The notes beneath the pieces are model-generated. The model ran no database searches. It was given only the letters and a program-made list of their open reading frames with translations, and was not told where the DNA came from. Below, one piece after another: positions 62,956 through 64,000 of a stretch of 64,000 bases of DNA. Origin of the DNA: Tricharina praecox. Its lineage: Eukaryota. Positions within the stretch are counted from its first letter, which is position 1. Each line of letters begins with the position of its first letter. The stretch lies in contig NW_026250430.1 in NCBI RefSeq assembly GCF_024521635.1, positions 124,001 to 188,000 on the forward strand, read 5' to 3'. Made by a program: the position numbers and the translations under genes.

Positions 62956-64000
62956 CCGACTAATCATAGCCAGATTTCCTGTGGCTCACTCAGCTTCCCC
63001 TGTTATTCATGCTGTTACAATTCCTCTCTTCCCCTGTGAGATTTCCCCAATATCGATACCCAGTCCCGAATCCAGAATCAACTTACCGTCATGGTCTTGA
63101 GTGCCCCGACGTTGTACAAGTTGTTTCTCCCTTCATTCATCTATTATATTTTCCCCTTCCTACTATTTTCTCTAGTGCTTTGCCTTTTTGGTATACCTGT
63201 TTTCACCCCCTTCTTTTTTATGAGGTTATCCCTCGTTACTTCCCCTTGACGTATCACTTGCGTGTTCGAGTTTATCGCAAGACGGTGTTTGTTTATGTAT
63301 TTATGCGTGTTTCTTTTTCTTTTCTTGCTAGGTTTCTCATTGGATTGGGAACATATGGTGGGCGGTGGCGCTTGTTTGTCTTTGCGTCGAAGTGGAGGAA
63401 ATTGATTTTCTTTGCTTTGGTGATGCTTGCACTTCTGCGTTTGTTGATTTATTTATGTGTATGATGACGAGGCCGGAGGCGGGAGGCGAATTAAGTATGT
63501 TTTTATATTGATATGGGCTCCACGAATGAACCGTTTTGCGGATCGTCAGGTCGCTTTCGGACATCTCATGGCGAGCAGTACTGAATTATCAATCAATCAA
63601 TTGCTTTCCCCATAGGCTTCTTTTTCGCTTATCGGGATAGTTTGTAGGAGTGGTTTTGTGTGGGATTTCTCAATGCGGCTCTGCAGGGCTTGCCCTGTTG
63701 TGACTAGTATTTCCTCATGTGAACTAGCTTTTAGCACTCCACACACAACAATTAGGGACTCCCGCCGCAAATCATACTATCGGAAATTGACGAAGACGAC
63801 CGACCGACCCCCCGACGACCGACGCTCAACGACCCCACGACAAATCCACGAACCTTCGATCGGCGAGAGCACCCGCAGTAAACAATGGCCGACACTAGAC
63901 TTACTTACGTGAGTGTTTTCCCGATATGAGGGGAGAATTTTGGGAAGTGGGAAGAGTTGGATGCTGACAGTATACCTATTTTGTAGAGGCGGAGGAACCC

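Noticed and set aside
63009..63464. Hydrophobic 151-aa ORF after the Swt1-like gene
   Set aside because: The T-rich composition of a 3' UTR explains the F/L/V richness, and there are no motifs.
1..64000. tRNA, 5S rRNA, snRNA or telomerase RNA genes
   Set aside because: No convincing signature was found by eye. tRNAscan-SE and Infernal/Rfam would be needed to exclude them.

Overview
Eukaryotic DNA from a filamentous ascomycete. Evidence: short GT..AG introns with CTAAC/CTGAC branch sites, fungal-specific gene families and dense microsatellites. The overall style suggests Pezizomycetes, but that is inference. Positions ~450-7200 are accessory: a tandem array of four paralogous CxxC + 31-aa-repeat coiled-coil genes (two intact with C-terminal membrane anchors, two disrupted), then a 5'-truncated Tad-like LINE remnant and a 14-bp minisatellite. 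The rest is mostly conserved single-copy genes: a Zn2Cys6 transcription factor, an M28 glutamate carboxypeptidase (Vps70/Tre2-like), an MFS transporter, SLX4, PRP8 (no intein), MsrA, a SAYSvFN-domain (SAYSD1-like) protein, a forkhead factor, XLF/Nej1, a RidA/YjgF protein, Y14/RBM8A and a Swt1-like PIN nuclease. The most striking feature is a spliced, intact minus-strand gene (19531->17733, 578 aa). In it a Ty1/Copia-type Gag domain, with no visible pol, LTR or PBS, is joined in frame through a canonical 62-nt intron to a conserved fungal C2H2 zinc-finger module. It is a candidate domesticated Gag-transcription-factor chimera. All calls come from motif recognition by eye; no database searches were run.
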